In this document: in pieces, positions 1 through 13,800 of the stretch
How the letters are laid out: each line of letters opens with the position of its first letter
Position numbering within the stretch: position 1 is the first letter of the stretch
Assembly: GCA_951406725.2 (NCBI GenBank)
Contig: OX597821.1
Location: forward strand, 86,924,001-86,988,000
Reading direction: 5' to 3'
Source: Octopus vulgaris
Taxonomy: Eukaryota
DNA: 64,000 bases
Notes under the pieces: model-generated
The model's input: only the letters and a program-made list of their open reading frames with translations
What the model was told of the DNA's origin: nothing
The model's database searches: none
Position numbers and translations under genes: made by a program

Positions 1-240
1 TTCCCACCTCAATAATAATAACGATAATTATAATTATAATGGGATGAATGGCTAAGCTGATCTCAGCAGGATTTGAATACAGTATGTAACGAGCAGGAAG
101 AGATATTGCAAGTCATTTTGTGCAACACTCCAAAGCTCTATAATAATTTTAACCTGGGCACGAGGTGGGAAATTCGAAGAAGGAGGTTAGTCAATTAATA
201 CTTTATTTTAAAGATGACCATGGCTTTCTAAAGTCAGAAT

Positions 241-633
241 GGATGGAATGGAAGCACTCCGTCGGTTACGACGACGAGGGTTCCAGTTGATCCGAATCAA
301 CGGAACAGCCTGCTCGTGAAATTAACGTGTAAGTGGCTGAGCACTCCACAGACACGTGTACCCTTAACGTAGTTCTCGGGGATATTCAGCGTGACACAGA
401 GAGTGACAAGGCCGGCCCTTTGAAATACAGGTACAACAGAAACAGGAAGTAAGAGTGAGAGAAAGTTGTGCTGAAAGAGTACAGCAGGGATCACCACCAT
501 CCCCTGCCGGAGCCTCGTGGAGCTTTTAGGTGTTTTCGCTCAATAAACACTCACAACGCCCGGTCTGGGAATTGAAACCGCGATCCTATGACCGCGAGTC
601 CGCTGACCTAACCACTGGGCCATTGCGCCTCCA
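241..633 (-). mobile_element. tRNA-derived SINE family A, full length with 13-bp TSD
   Basis: tRNA-like head GGAGGCGCAATGGCCCAGTGGTTAG...; TSD ctaaagtcagaat at 228-240 and 634-646; related pieces at ~20151-20253 and ~41175-41468. Confidence 0.85.
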
Positions 634-705
634 CTAAAGTCAGAATATAAAGAGGCAGAATGAAAACCACTTAGAAAACAACAATATTATAACTGATGAT
701 GTCAC

Positions 706-832
706 CTTGGTGCCAATGAAGTCCATAAGTACAGCAAAGCTAGTTAGATGGTTACATTTACAAGCTGTGTGGGTCATATTGGTGGACAAAAGCTGACAGC
801 CTTTTCTGGACCAACGGCCATCCATGTTTCGC
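706..832 (-). CDS. Exon 13: GPS autoproteolysis site and tethered agonist (Stachel)
   Basis: GRWSRKGC...[10 protein letters not shown]|TSFAVLMDF; phase 2-0. Confidence 0.96.
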
Positions 833-1611
833 CTGTCGAAGAAAAGCAGAAAGCTCAGCAAAATTATAGAATAAAGAGAAGACATTAAAGCACATACATA
901 GAGAGATACATATTAAAAAGGATGAAGCCTTTTTCTCTACAGAAAAAAACTCCATCAGGAATTGTGGCAGTATATTAAAAGAACCTTTATGGTTAAAAAT
1001 TATAAATATCTTATAAGCAAGGGCTAAAGAATGTTATTCTAAAGCCAATATACTGATATTCCATATTTAATCTACTTGCTACAGAAAGTTGAACTGAAAT
1101 TCGGGCAACTAATATTCTCTCGTAAGCTCAACTGAAGACGAACGAATCCTTATGTGGTTAATTCCGAAATTGATTCAATATTGAGATAATGAAATTTAAA
1201 TGTTCCAAAGGTTTAGTTGCCCGAATTTCAGTTCAACTTTCTTTAGAGAGATACATATGTAGAGAATCATCGATACAATGCCAGTAAACACATAATTACA
1301 TTTACAATGACACCAACAACATATTCATAAAAATACCCTTACAAATATATCAATAAAATAGCTAAGTACACACGAAGCATGGAACAAACTGCCGGCATCA
1401 GTTGTTAGTTGTCGGAGCACTGCATCCTTCAAAACTTCCATGCTTTCTGAGATTCGCCAACACTACACCTGATTTTCTCCCCTCCATACACACACAAGCA
1501 TGTATCTGACTCATACATTGTTCGCTTTCCAGACATTTGTACATTACTGCATATACTCTATATGCACTTTCTGACAAGTTGTGGTGCACCTGAGCACTGT
1601 ATACAATAATT

Positions 1612-1642
<31 letters not shown>

Positions 1643-2681
1643 AACAGATCAACTTACACTGTATAATTCCAAAATACACATTTGGCATTCCGTGGGTCTT
1701 GATCCTAGAAAAGAAGAAAAAGGAAATATTTTAAGAGATCCTTTCGACGCCCAGTAAAGTTATTAAGACTTATAACTTTAAGACACATGCATACAGAAAG
1801 ACAGTAACCAAACACATTGACTATATTCACACAATAAAACAGTATATGCACAACAACAAGGATGGCCAGTTTTCTCTGTTGTTGTGTGTGCTATATAAAG
1901 GATTATGAGAGACTGATACCTGTCAAAACCAAGGTGTCATGCAGAGGGATTGAACCTGAAACCATGTGGTTGGGAAGCAAACTTCTTAACCACACAGCCA
2001 TACCTGCACCTATAAACGATATGTAATGCTTAATATTTCTTTCACAACATACACTGATACCGTGGAATGTATATAATTTGGCCAAAACAAAACATGATTT
2101 TTCACATTATGAATGAAACTGTAACCAATGTTAGAACTACTTTTCTTAAGATGCTTACCACGAGATGCTTCAATACAAAAACCACTGGCTTTTCTAACTG
2201 TGTATTTTGTCGGTTGTCAATGGTGACAGACAAAATTCGGGTGTTGATTTTCTGTGGGGCCTGTATTTCTGTTTCAACTGTTTCTTGGTCGTTATCTGTC
2301 TCTTGAAGTTGGAGATCAAGCTGAGGGGATTCTTTGAATTTCTTGTTGTGTACACGTGTTTCAACATGGACAGATTCTTTCTTGTCCACCACATCATCAT
2401 CATCACCACCATCATCACCATCACCAGCTCCTTGTTTTTTGTCAGTTTCCATTACATCTTCATCTAACTCATTGTTGAGCAAATCATCAAGGTTCTTGTA
2501 CACCATATAGACAGCACGATACAAACCTGCAAAAAAAAAGAAAAGACATCAAATAAGATGCAAGGGATATATATATAATAAACCTTAAAATTCCCACTTG
2601 AAATAATTTACTCTGTAACCCTTAGTAGCATGAAAATGTGAATATAGGTAAGATCTTACTAATACACTCACACACGTGTAT

Positions 2682-2777
<96 letters not shown>

Positions 2778-3366
2778 ATTATTTGAGGGAATATAAATCC
2801 AAACTTACAGGAAAAAAATTCAATTTAGAAATAAATCAAATTTCACACAATATAATATATATATAAAAAATTTGAAAAAAATCCACCTTTTATAAATTCA
2901 AAATGAACAATTAAATTACATCATCTAGAAAATTACATATAATTGAAATATTAAAATTAAAATAACAATAAAATATCAATGATTAAGTAAATTGCAAAAA
3001 ATATATAAGAAAAACGTATATAATTGGTAGAATATAGATAAGAATTGGATATTCTCTGTATAGAATACACCTAAAAGTGCTCAAGAGGTTTAAACTTGAG
3101 CAGGCAGAGGAATAAATATAAGGATAAGCAAGTTAGGCAGGTCAGTATACAAAGAATATTTAATATATTAAATATATTTTTTGTATTTAATGTATTAAAC
3201 ATATTTTGTATATCGACTTGGCTAACTTGCTTATCCTTTGGTGTTAGGAAGGGCATCCAGCCTAAAATCCCAGCCAAAACAGATACAGTAGCCTTGGGTA
3301 GATTTTCTACCTGGATGTCTCCTGTCAAGTGTCCTACCCATGCGTACATGGAAGATGATGAGGATG

Positions 3367-3433
<67 letters not shown>

Positions 3434-3659
3434 ATATATTATAATTTAGGGTATTCAAGAGATACCACCATGCTGGAAACAGCAGCCAAAACTTAACTCT
3501 AAAACCACATTAAAAGTTCATACAGCACTAGGAGAGAAGACAAAAGGACAAAATAAACTAGCAAAAAAATTACTGGATAATTCCAGATCCCGGATTTCTG
3601 GCTTTGCATAAGAAATGCTTTGCCTCATCAGTGGAATATACACAGATAGTAACATAAAT

Positions 3660-3695
<36 letters not shown>

Positions 3696-6600
3696 CATAC
3701 GAATACTTACATATATACGAACGTATACATATACATATATATATATATATATATGCACGTGACCAGTTTAAATTGCCCGCCCATAACTCCTCATGCGATA
3801 CTTGATAAGATCAATATTTAAATTAACGATCTTATCCTTATTTATATGAATTTATATATATATATGAGAGAGAGATGAGATGAGGTAAAAGAAACAAATA
3901 TAAACAAACACATGAAAAGAAAACTTACCTCCGTGAGAATATTTTATTAAATTTTCCTTTGGTATAATAATGTAGTCTTCAACAGAACGAAAATACTGAC
4001 TGGAAGGCATTTTAACATCTTGTAGGTGCTGTGTAATTTCTGCAACCTTTATTTCGAGGTCTGCAAGAACATTTAGGTGAAATTGCACTCCCAGAATCAC
4101 AGTACAAAATTTTTATGAATTCATGTGTAATTTACAACAAAATATAATAAATACCAACACATACACACAAACAGGTTGACAGACTACACACACACACACA
4201 CACACACACTAACAATATTTTAACATCAGCATTTCCAGTGGCACGGATTGGTCTGCCATACAGTTTATTGTCACTAGTTTCAATCTTCCATCGTTTCTTC
4301 GGCCCCATCCGAGCGTGGCTGTTCGCCAGCCTCGTCTGGCACCTGTGTCGGTGGCACATAAAAAACACCATCCAAGCGTGGCCGTTCGCCAGCCTCGTCT
4401 GGCACCTGTGTCGGTGGCACATAAAAAGCACCCACTACACTCACGGAGTGGTTGGCATTAGGAAGGGCATCCAGCTGTAGAAACACTGCCAGATCTGACT
4501 GGCCTGGTGCAGCCTTCGAGCTTCCCAGACCCCAGTTGAACCGTCCAACCCATGCTAGCATGGAAAGCGGACGTTAAACGATGATGATGATGAAATCTGT
4601 GTCCTAAGATCCCACCTTACAACTTATTATGTCCTCTTCTAAGGGTACTATCTTCTGACAGCAGCGCTTATCACACATTTCAAATCTTCATAAAGGGGCA
4701 TTCATCTCCCATGAATATGTCAGCGGATGCCTATCATACAGTTTTCATTCATCACGTGTGATCATTTTTCCAAGCTGGTTAATATTATAGGCAATATATT
4801 ATATTATCAGTGAATATCTCACAAATGACAGTACAAAAAGAAGTCAGGAATCGTGTATTGAAATTACAAAAATTCATGCAGGAGTGGTTGTGTGGTAAGT
4901 AGCTTGCTAACCAACCACATGGTTCCGGGTTCAGTCCCACTGCGTGGCATCTTGGGCAAGTGTCTTCTGCTATAGCCTCGGGCCAACCAATGCCTTGTGA
5001 GTGGATTTGGTAGACGGAAACTGAAAGAAGCCTGTCGTATATATGTATATATATACATATGTGTGTGTGTATATGTTTGTGTGTCTGTGTTTGTCCCCCT
5101 AGCATTGCTTGACAACCAATGCTGGTGTGTTTACGTCCCCGTCACTTAGCGGTTCGGCAAAAGAGACCGATAGAATAAGTACTGGGCTTACAAAGAATAA
5201 GTCCCGGGGTCGATTTGCTTGACTAAAGGCAGTGCTCCAGCTTGGCCGCAGTCAAATGACTGAAACAAGTAAAAGAGTATAGACATTATTGCACTTGCCA
5301 TGTTTGAGTTTAACTGTATGGATTATTCCTTTTTTTCTTTTTTTAAAATGTGCTTACCAATATTATCTGTAGCTATCTCTATTTGAGATTGCATGGTCAG
5401 CAGTGAAGCCATTTTAAAAGCTGTTGTCTTCATAGTGTAAGCCAAATTTGTTGCTACACCGGAACGTTCAAATGGTGGCATTTCTTCCCATCCTCCTTTC
5501 TGGTTATCCTGTAGCATAGTACTGCCGACACTGAGGAATCCCTGTAGAGTAAATAGTTGTCAAAATTTTTAGCATGAAACATCTTTATCAATCAAGAGTA
5601 AGAAAAGCCATATAAGGTATTAAAAAAAAATTTTTTAAAATCAAGAAACATTTCAAAAGAATGAACAGAAAGATTAACTTTAATGGGAATTGAACTCAGG
5701 ACACAATGAATTGAAACTAAAAGCTGAAGTATCTTTGATCCAGACCGCTACCATTTTTTCAACTCACTCATTTAGGGTATGATTAATTTAACTGACTGCT
5801 GAGCATGCTGAATTATATTATCATCCCTAGGAAGATGAAAGGCAAGGCTGATTGATCCATGAGGCATTTGAATTCAGAATACAGGAGGAAGAAAGTAAAC
5901 ATTGTAAAGTATTTGGTCCAATGCTTGGATATTTCCATCATTTTGTATACATCTAGAGAAATGTACTACTACTAACCATTAAAGTGAGAAAGGAGTGGAC
6001 CCTGTTTCCACTGTTGTGTAATCCGAAAGGTGACAAATCGAAGTGTCATAAGAGCATAAAACAAAATACCTGGTAGTGTTTTGTTGTAGCTCCCTGCATT
6101 CTGAGGTCAAATCACGCCAAAGTCAACTTAGCTTTCATCATTTTAGGGTTATAAAATAAATTTAACAGTTGGGAGCAATGGATCAATGAACGGTGCAATA
6201 TTTTGCAATATTTTGTTCCTGCTCTTTGCATTCTGAATTAATGGATGGCAGATGTAATTGGTCATCTTAACCATCACTTGCTAATTGGGTGCCTTTAGTA
6301 GACTCAGTGTTTTAAGTATTCAGGCATCTTAGAGATGAGGTAAGAAATGGAGGCATGTGCTGTTGCAGTGCACTGCTGCATCCACTGTTTGTTGGTATTT
6401 GGGTTGTCCCAGTCAGTCCCCATCTCTGTAAGATACTTCCTTGTCCACCGTGACCATATAGCATGTGGCCAACCAGCATGAGCCATCACTCCAACCAGAT
6501 CCTCAAGAGAAGAGAACATGATATGCAGGTTCAAACTTCTAAATGCAAGCAACATGACCAAACTGATATCTAAGTAGGAAGACAAAGGTTCAAGCCTGCA

Positions 6601-9600
6601 GGTCTCCTCCCTGTCTTGCTCTGTTGTTGTGAGACTTGGACACTGTCCGGGCTCTTAATATTACTCAGAAACTGAGATATGTCCTGTTGCTTGTATGATT
6701 CAGAAATATCGGTTCAGACTGCTTGGTCATCTCAGAGGCATCGTAAAAAAATAAAAGACTGAACATACTGCTCATCTCATTCCTCCCCAACTAAGCAGTT
6801 AAAAAAAGTAGTTCTGATTGAATAGACCTTGATTATGTACATATGCAGTCAGCTGAATGACTAGACATGATCCAAAGATCCACTGTTCCGGCATATGATG
6901 TTGTACAGGCTAATATATTTCTTTACTGCCCACAAGGGGCTAAACATAGAAGGGACAAACAAGGACAGACAAAGGGATTAAGTTGATTACATCGACCCCA
7001 GTGCGAAACTGGTAATTTATTTATCGACCCCGAAAGGATGAAAGACAAAGTCGACCTCAGTGGAATTTGAACTCAGAACGTAACGACAGATGAACAACCG
7101 CTAAGCATTTCGCCCGGCACGCTAACGTTTCTGCCAGCTCGCCGAGGCTAATATACAATAGTTTAGTATAGAGGACAAGGGCAGTGTAATAATAGTCTAT
7201 GCCTGCTGCTTATTTTATATCTTACTGTCATTCAAGCATATTAAGGTTGAATAAAGTAATGTGCTTTGCTGAGATGCAAATACCCTATTTGATATAACGT
7301 TTGTAAGCATGACTCTCAGCAGTCCACCACCTTAATCATACATACATACCTGTATGGCAGTCAATATAAAAGTAAGAAGGTAATATTGTTTAACCCTTAA
7401 GCATTTAAACTGGCCAGATCCTGCTCAAATATTCTACCTGTTATATACTCAAATTGACCAGATCTAGCCTCTCACACCTACCCCAAAAATGTCACTCTAA
7501 AAATTAATAACATCATTGAAATCTCAAAGCTAAGAGAAAATACATGATTAACACAAAACAATGTGAATAAATGAGCATTATATTTGACAGGGTAATCTGA
7601 ATGTTAAAAGATTAATTACCTCAGTAAAATTTGTCACCAGTTTCATTTTATGCTTCGTATGCTCAACTTCTCTCTGTAGTATTCTGGTAAGGCCTGGAAT
7701 AATCTCTTTCGTAGTTTTTATAATATCACCAGAACCAAGATAAGAAGCTTTCATATGTTTTGAAAGGTTGCCCATGGATGTTTGAGGTTGAGTACCATTT
7801 ACCTAAAAAACAAAAAAAATGTTAAAAAATTAAACGATTTAAAATTAAAAGTAGGAGTGGCTGTGTGGTAAGTAGCTTTTTTACCAACCACATGGTTCCG
7901 GGTTCAGTCCCACTGCATGGCACCTTGGGCAAGTGTTTTCTACTATAGCCTTGGGTTGACCAAAGCCTTGTGAGTGGATTTGGTAGGCGGAAACTGAAAG
8001 AAGCCCATCGTATATATGCATATGTATATGTTTGTGTATCTGTGTTTGTTCCCCCAACATTGCTTGACAACCGATGCTGGTGTGTTTACGTCCCTGTCAC
8101 TTAGCGGTTCGGCAAAAGAGACCGATAGAATAAGTACTAAGCTTACAAAGAATAAGTCCTGGGGTCGATTTGCTCGACTAAAGGTGGTGCTCAAGCATGG
8201 CCACAGTCAAATGACTGAAACAAGTAAAAGAACAGAGTAAAAATATAATTAAGACTAAATGAATGTGAGTGCAATATGACTTATCTGTGTCTGTCTCTCC
8301 TGCATGTGTGTGTACATGTGCTTGCATGTATGTATATGTGTGCACACCTGATTGCATGTATGTATACATCAGTATTACTACTGTTTCCATAACTCAGGTC
8401 AGATAGGCATAGAAAGGACAAGGTTGACAAGGGTTAATGTTGATTTTCAAGCACAGTTTGAAAGTAGAAGCAAAGAAGCATCTATGTTACACAGGTATAA
8501 GCAGGTGTTAGCGTGGACAAGTAGGTTAAAGAAGAAGAGTTTGGGAGAGGAGTTGTTATTCTGTGTAAGTACAGGTGTGTTTCTATACACAAAAACACAC
8601 ATTTGCACAGAAAGTGGATCAAAGTGTGTATATCTTGAACAGGATTAGAAAGTGGGTCTTTTATGTTAGCACAAGATGATGGGTTAGGTGAAATTAGTAG
8701 TTGAGTTCACATATTAGTGTTGAGGAGAGAAAAGCACGTGCTTGTGAGTGGGTCTGTGCGCAAGAGCGAGCATGCATGTTAGATAGAGTTAAATAAAAAC
8801 CTGAAGTTTCACGTACATCAGATTTTAACGTGTCACGTACATTATTTGCGATGTCTTGCAGCCATGGTGCCACACAATCAGTGTAGTTAGGAGCTGGTCG
8901 AATCCAATGACTTTCCCCACATTGCCATCTAGCGATTCCTGTGAGAAACAATTAAAAAAAAGGATGAACATATATATATATATATTTTACAAGCATAATT
9001 AAAATATTTACCGTTCTTTCCTGTTGTGTAAAACTTCTTAAAGCTCTTTCAATGTGATGCAAAAAGAACCAGATTTTATTTATTTTCCATCAAATTGTTC
9101 AGGATCAGTGAATAGATTTAATTCTATTGATATTCTCATATATGCTTTACCATCATAATATCCACAGTAGTATACGAAAGTTCACAAACTAGTTACTCTT
9201 GTAAATATATTGATGCATAATAATGATAACTCCCATAGAGATTTTCATCTATCTGAACAGCAGGTATGATTTTGGAAAACTGCCTATTGTTGCTGCTTAA
9301 GTGATGAACTGCACTAAATGAATATACAGGTATATCTCAACTTACGTTGTTTCGAGTTGGGGTATTTTTTCTGACTTTTAAAAAAAACTTATGTCACTTT
9401 GTTCTACAGAAAGTAATGGAAAAAGTATACCTAAATTTCAGTTGATTTATCTGATTTTACATCAGATTCAGTGAACATATTTAAAAGTGTAAAAAAAAAA
9501 AAAAACCAAAAAAAAAAACAACTAAAAACTAATACTGAAGTAGAAAATCAAATAAAACATGTGAAAATATGTACAAAACATAAAATATAACATTACTGTT

Positions 9601-10783
9601 TTTATTTTGAGATGCTCTCTGTTTCTTTCAATTATTTTAAATATAACAAAGAATTTAGGAAATTAACTTTGTTATCATTAAACTAGTGTTAGGAACATAA
9701 ATTTTAACCAAGATTTGGTGGAAGATTTGAATTCAAAACTTATGAAAACAAGAAATTTATACTAAAGAGCCAGAGCCGGTTTCAGCCGGGTTGGTAACGA
9801 AAGGGTTAAAAACATAAAATATAACATTTTTAAAATGTCTTTCTCCTGTTAAATCATTTTTCAAATTAAGTTGTACATCTTGGAACCAAACACCAACGTA
9901 AGTTGAAGTGAGCCTATACAAATAACGAAGGGATTTTTTAAAATACACCAATTGCTGTTGTGTAATTCACAGTCAGTTTTTGAGTAGAAGATCAAATTGA
10001 TAGTAAGTAGCACCAGAGATGTAGCCATTTTTATCCTAAAAGGTACAGATCCTGTGGGCTACTTTAGCATTTTATAAAAGACTTAACAAGTGTAATTGTA
10101 AATGTGTTAAGAAACACATTAAATCAACCAGACAGTTTTTATATTTACGGAGATGTACTTGCATAGCAAGTGACTTGATCTGAGACCGTGTGCTGGAACG
10201 AAAACAATTGCAGCATGGAAGGTGTTTATAAGCCATTTAAGAAACACACAAAAACCGTTAGATTCACTTCAACATTTAAGTTTAATTTGTCAAAATATTT
10301 TCGTCGCTAAAATCCACAACCTGTTCACTGACAAAGCTTCGTACTGCATCTCAAAGCGCTGAAAATATTTTGACAAATTAAATTTAAATGTTGAAGTGAA
10401 TCTAACGGTTTTGTGTGTTTCTTAAATGGCTTATAAACACCCCCCATGCTGAAATAGTTTTTATATCGCTGGTTGCTTAAAGTGAAATGCTGTATTGGCA
10501 TATGAAAATTTAGAGTGGACATATTTGGAAACTTAATATACAGTAGAATATTTAGTAATTATGACTTGACTGCTGAATTGGGAAAATGGATGGAAGTTTT
10601 CTCATGATAGACGCAGGAGTGGCTGTGTGGTAAGTAGCTTGCTAACCAACAACATGGTTCCGGGTTCAGTCCCACTGCGTGGCATCTTGGGCAAGTGCCT
10701 TCTGCTATAGCCCCGGGCTGACCAATGCCTTGTGAGTGGATTTGGTAGAAGGAAACTGAAAGAAGCCTGTCGTATATATATAT

Positions 10784-10842
<59 letters not shown>

Positions 10843-13800
10843 TTGTGTGTCTGTGTTTGTCTCCCTAGCATTGCTTGACAACCGATGCTGGTGTATTTAG
10901 GTCCCCGTCACTTAGCGGTTTGGCAAAAGAGACCGATAGAATAAGTACTGGGCTTACAAAAGAATAAGTCCCGGGATCGATTTGTTCGACTAAAGGCGGT
11001 GCTCCAGCATGGCCGCAGTCAAATGAACTGAAACAAGTAAAAGAGAGAGTATAGTAAGAGTAATAGCTCACCGACTTTAACCCCTGGGCAAGGTCGTTCA
11101 CTCACAACCCCAGAATGCACAGTAGGCCACCATATTCCATCAACAGTTTTCTCTGGGCACTTTTTGGCTCGATATGTTGTAGAAATTACTCTGTATGGTG
11201 TCGTAGATTGGGTCGTGAAGCTTTTCGTTCTGATATCGTACTTGCGGCTGGTGGTCTTTGGTCTTGGGGTTGTTGTTGTTGTTGATCGAGTTGTAGTGGT
11301 TGTTCTTGTTGTTGTTGTCGTGGAACTTACAGTGGACGGTTCTGGATGCTTTTTTGTAGTATGTACAGGAATTGGTCTTCTAGTGGTGGTAGTTGTTGTG
11401 GTTGATGGAACGGTGGTAGTTTCGGGTATATGTGGGGGTCTATGTGATGACGCTGGAAAAGAAAAGATATTGGTGGAAAAGAATAAGTTATTTCCCTTAG
11501 ATTATGCAAGGGAGACAACTCGCATCTCTAATGAACACTGAAGCAGTGACTATCTAACAGGAATAGAATAAAAATAGACAGCATGGTCTAAAACATTTAA
11601 AATACCTCCCAAACGTCTGTCATTTCCTCAGCAGGGATGATCGAAAAAAAAAAACACACACACAAACTTTGTATAACGTATCATGATCACTGTGACGAGT
11701 TTAATCTCAATCTGTTACTCACAATGACCACATAAATTTAAACAGAAATAATTAACAATGGCTGTAGATGGGTTTCACTTCATAATCTTTAATTCCCAAT
11801 GCATCATCATAATCTATAGTTTAGACATTTATTTCCTCAACCATTGATGTTAGATACCTCTTCCATTACACTTTCTTTAATACCATCATTAGTGATTTAA
11901 AACTAATGCTCTATTTTAATTTTAATGCTGCACAGATGTATACCCAGAAACTACCATGAGCATCAATATTATCTAACATTATCGTTGAACATTCAGTACA
12001 TATACCACCCCAAATACAAATTATCTATATTACTGTCACCTTAAAGACTTCAAGTATTTAGAGACTACTGTAACTAGTTTAAAGCTCGGAGAATTCTATT
12101 TAATTCAATCCTAGGAGAGGAGACTGTATTAATATAGACATTTGATCCAAACAGATTGTGAATACTGAGGGGAAAATGTGATGTTTTGTTTGTGTAGTGT
12201 AGTTACAGTATAGAAACAATGAAGTTAAGATCTCAGGTTACTGATAGATTGAGAAAACGAAAGACTGGGCTTGAGCAAGTAATATGGTGTATAGCAAACC
12301 TACCAAACTGATACTTGTATGGATAACCAGAAATTAAATTTGGAGGAACTTATGTTGCTGAGCATAGTTCTCTTCTGCCTGTGTCAAAAATAAGCAGGTT
12401 GTTCTAATTGTAAATCTATTTTGGTACATTGTCAGGATTTAATTCAGAATGGTGGAGTTAAAATTCTACTTGGGATGATTTTGTTTTTCATTCCACCAAG
12501 TTTGATGAAATAAGTACCCACAATTGAACCGATCAAAAATACTTCTCGTAGACAAATGTGTGGATACATCACAATGGTAGAAATCGTCATAAATCAAATG
12601 ATACACCTTGGTTGCCAGCCTCGCCTGGCCCCCGTGCCGGTGGCATGTAAAAAGCACCATCCGTCCGTGGCCGTTTGCCAGCTCCGTCTGGCACCTGTGC
12701 GGGTGGCACGTAAAAAGCACCCACTACACTCGCGGAGAGGTTGGCGTTAGGAAGGGCATCCAGCCGTAGAAACACTGCCAGATCAGTCTGGGCCTGATGC
12801 AGCCTTCTGGCTTCACAGATCCCAGTTGAACCGTCCAACCCATGCTAGCATGGAAAGCGGACGCTAAATGATGATGATGATGATATTCCTGGTATCGTTG
12901 TTGTTGTTGTTATTGCAGCTTGGGCAAGAATACACATATAACTTCTATGGAATAATAGAATTGAAATGACTGTGTGTAACATGAAGGATACAAACGGTGG
13001 GATAAGCATTGATTTAGAATAGAATTCCCCAGCATTGTAAATGAGTGAATGATAAACTTACATGTGATATTGAGTGTAATTTTGGACTGGAAAGACTTTG
13101 TTCCAAGTGTGATAGTACAGCAGTAAATGCCAGCATCTCTCAAAGATGCTTTATGTATAATGAGTTTATTTCTTTCAATTATGGCTCTTTTCGGTATTTT
13201 TCCATCAACTTTAGACCATTTGATTCTTGCTAGGAGCTGTATAGCAGAGTCACCTAAGGAAGAAAACAAACAATAACAATTAATGAATTGTCACCAGGGA
13301 CAGTTTATGAAATTTATCTTTGGAATATTTCCACCGGCAACAAGATTCTAAATTAAAATTACCAATCCCTCAATTTTACAAAAATAACTGTCTGGTTTTA
13401 TTTCAACAGTATCAATCAATCAACGTGTGATCAACGTTTTTGACTTTGAGAGAGAGAACCTTTGCCTATTCTTCAGAACATAGAGGATGCCAGCCTCGCC
13501 TGGCCCCCGTGCCGGTGGCACGTAAAAAGCACCCACTACACTCACGGAGTGGTTGGCATTAGGAAGGGCATCCAGCTGTAGAAACACTGCCAGATCAGAC
13601 TAGGCCTGATGCAGCCTTCTGGCTTCACAGACCCCAGTTGAACCGTCCAACCCATGCTAGCATGGAAAGCGGACGCTAAATGATGATGATATCCAGCCCC
13701 AATTTTTTAACTGTTTTATATTCAAACTGACCAGATACAGCCTCTCACACCTACCCTACAATGTCATTTAAAAAAATAAACAATTACATCACGGAAATCT

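Noticed and set aside
560-633. tRNA gene
   Set aside because: It is the tRNA-like head of a SINE that continues into a body, tail and TSD.
6300-6740. GC-richer block with a 93-aa ORF (similarly ~19620-20140)
   Set aside because: No recognisable domain or splice context. Probably old transposon relics that I cannot classify.
11164-11541. Val-rich plus-strand ORF resembling a membrane protein
   Set aside because: It is the antisense shadow of the Thr-rich mucin exon.
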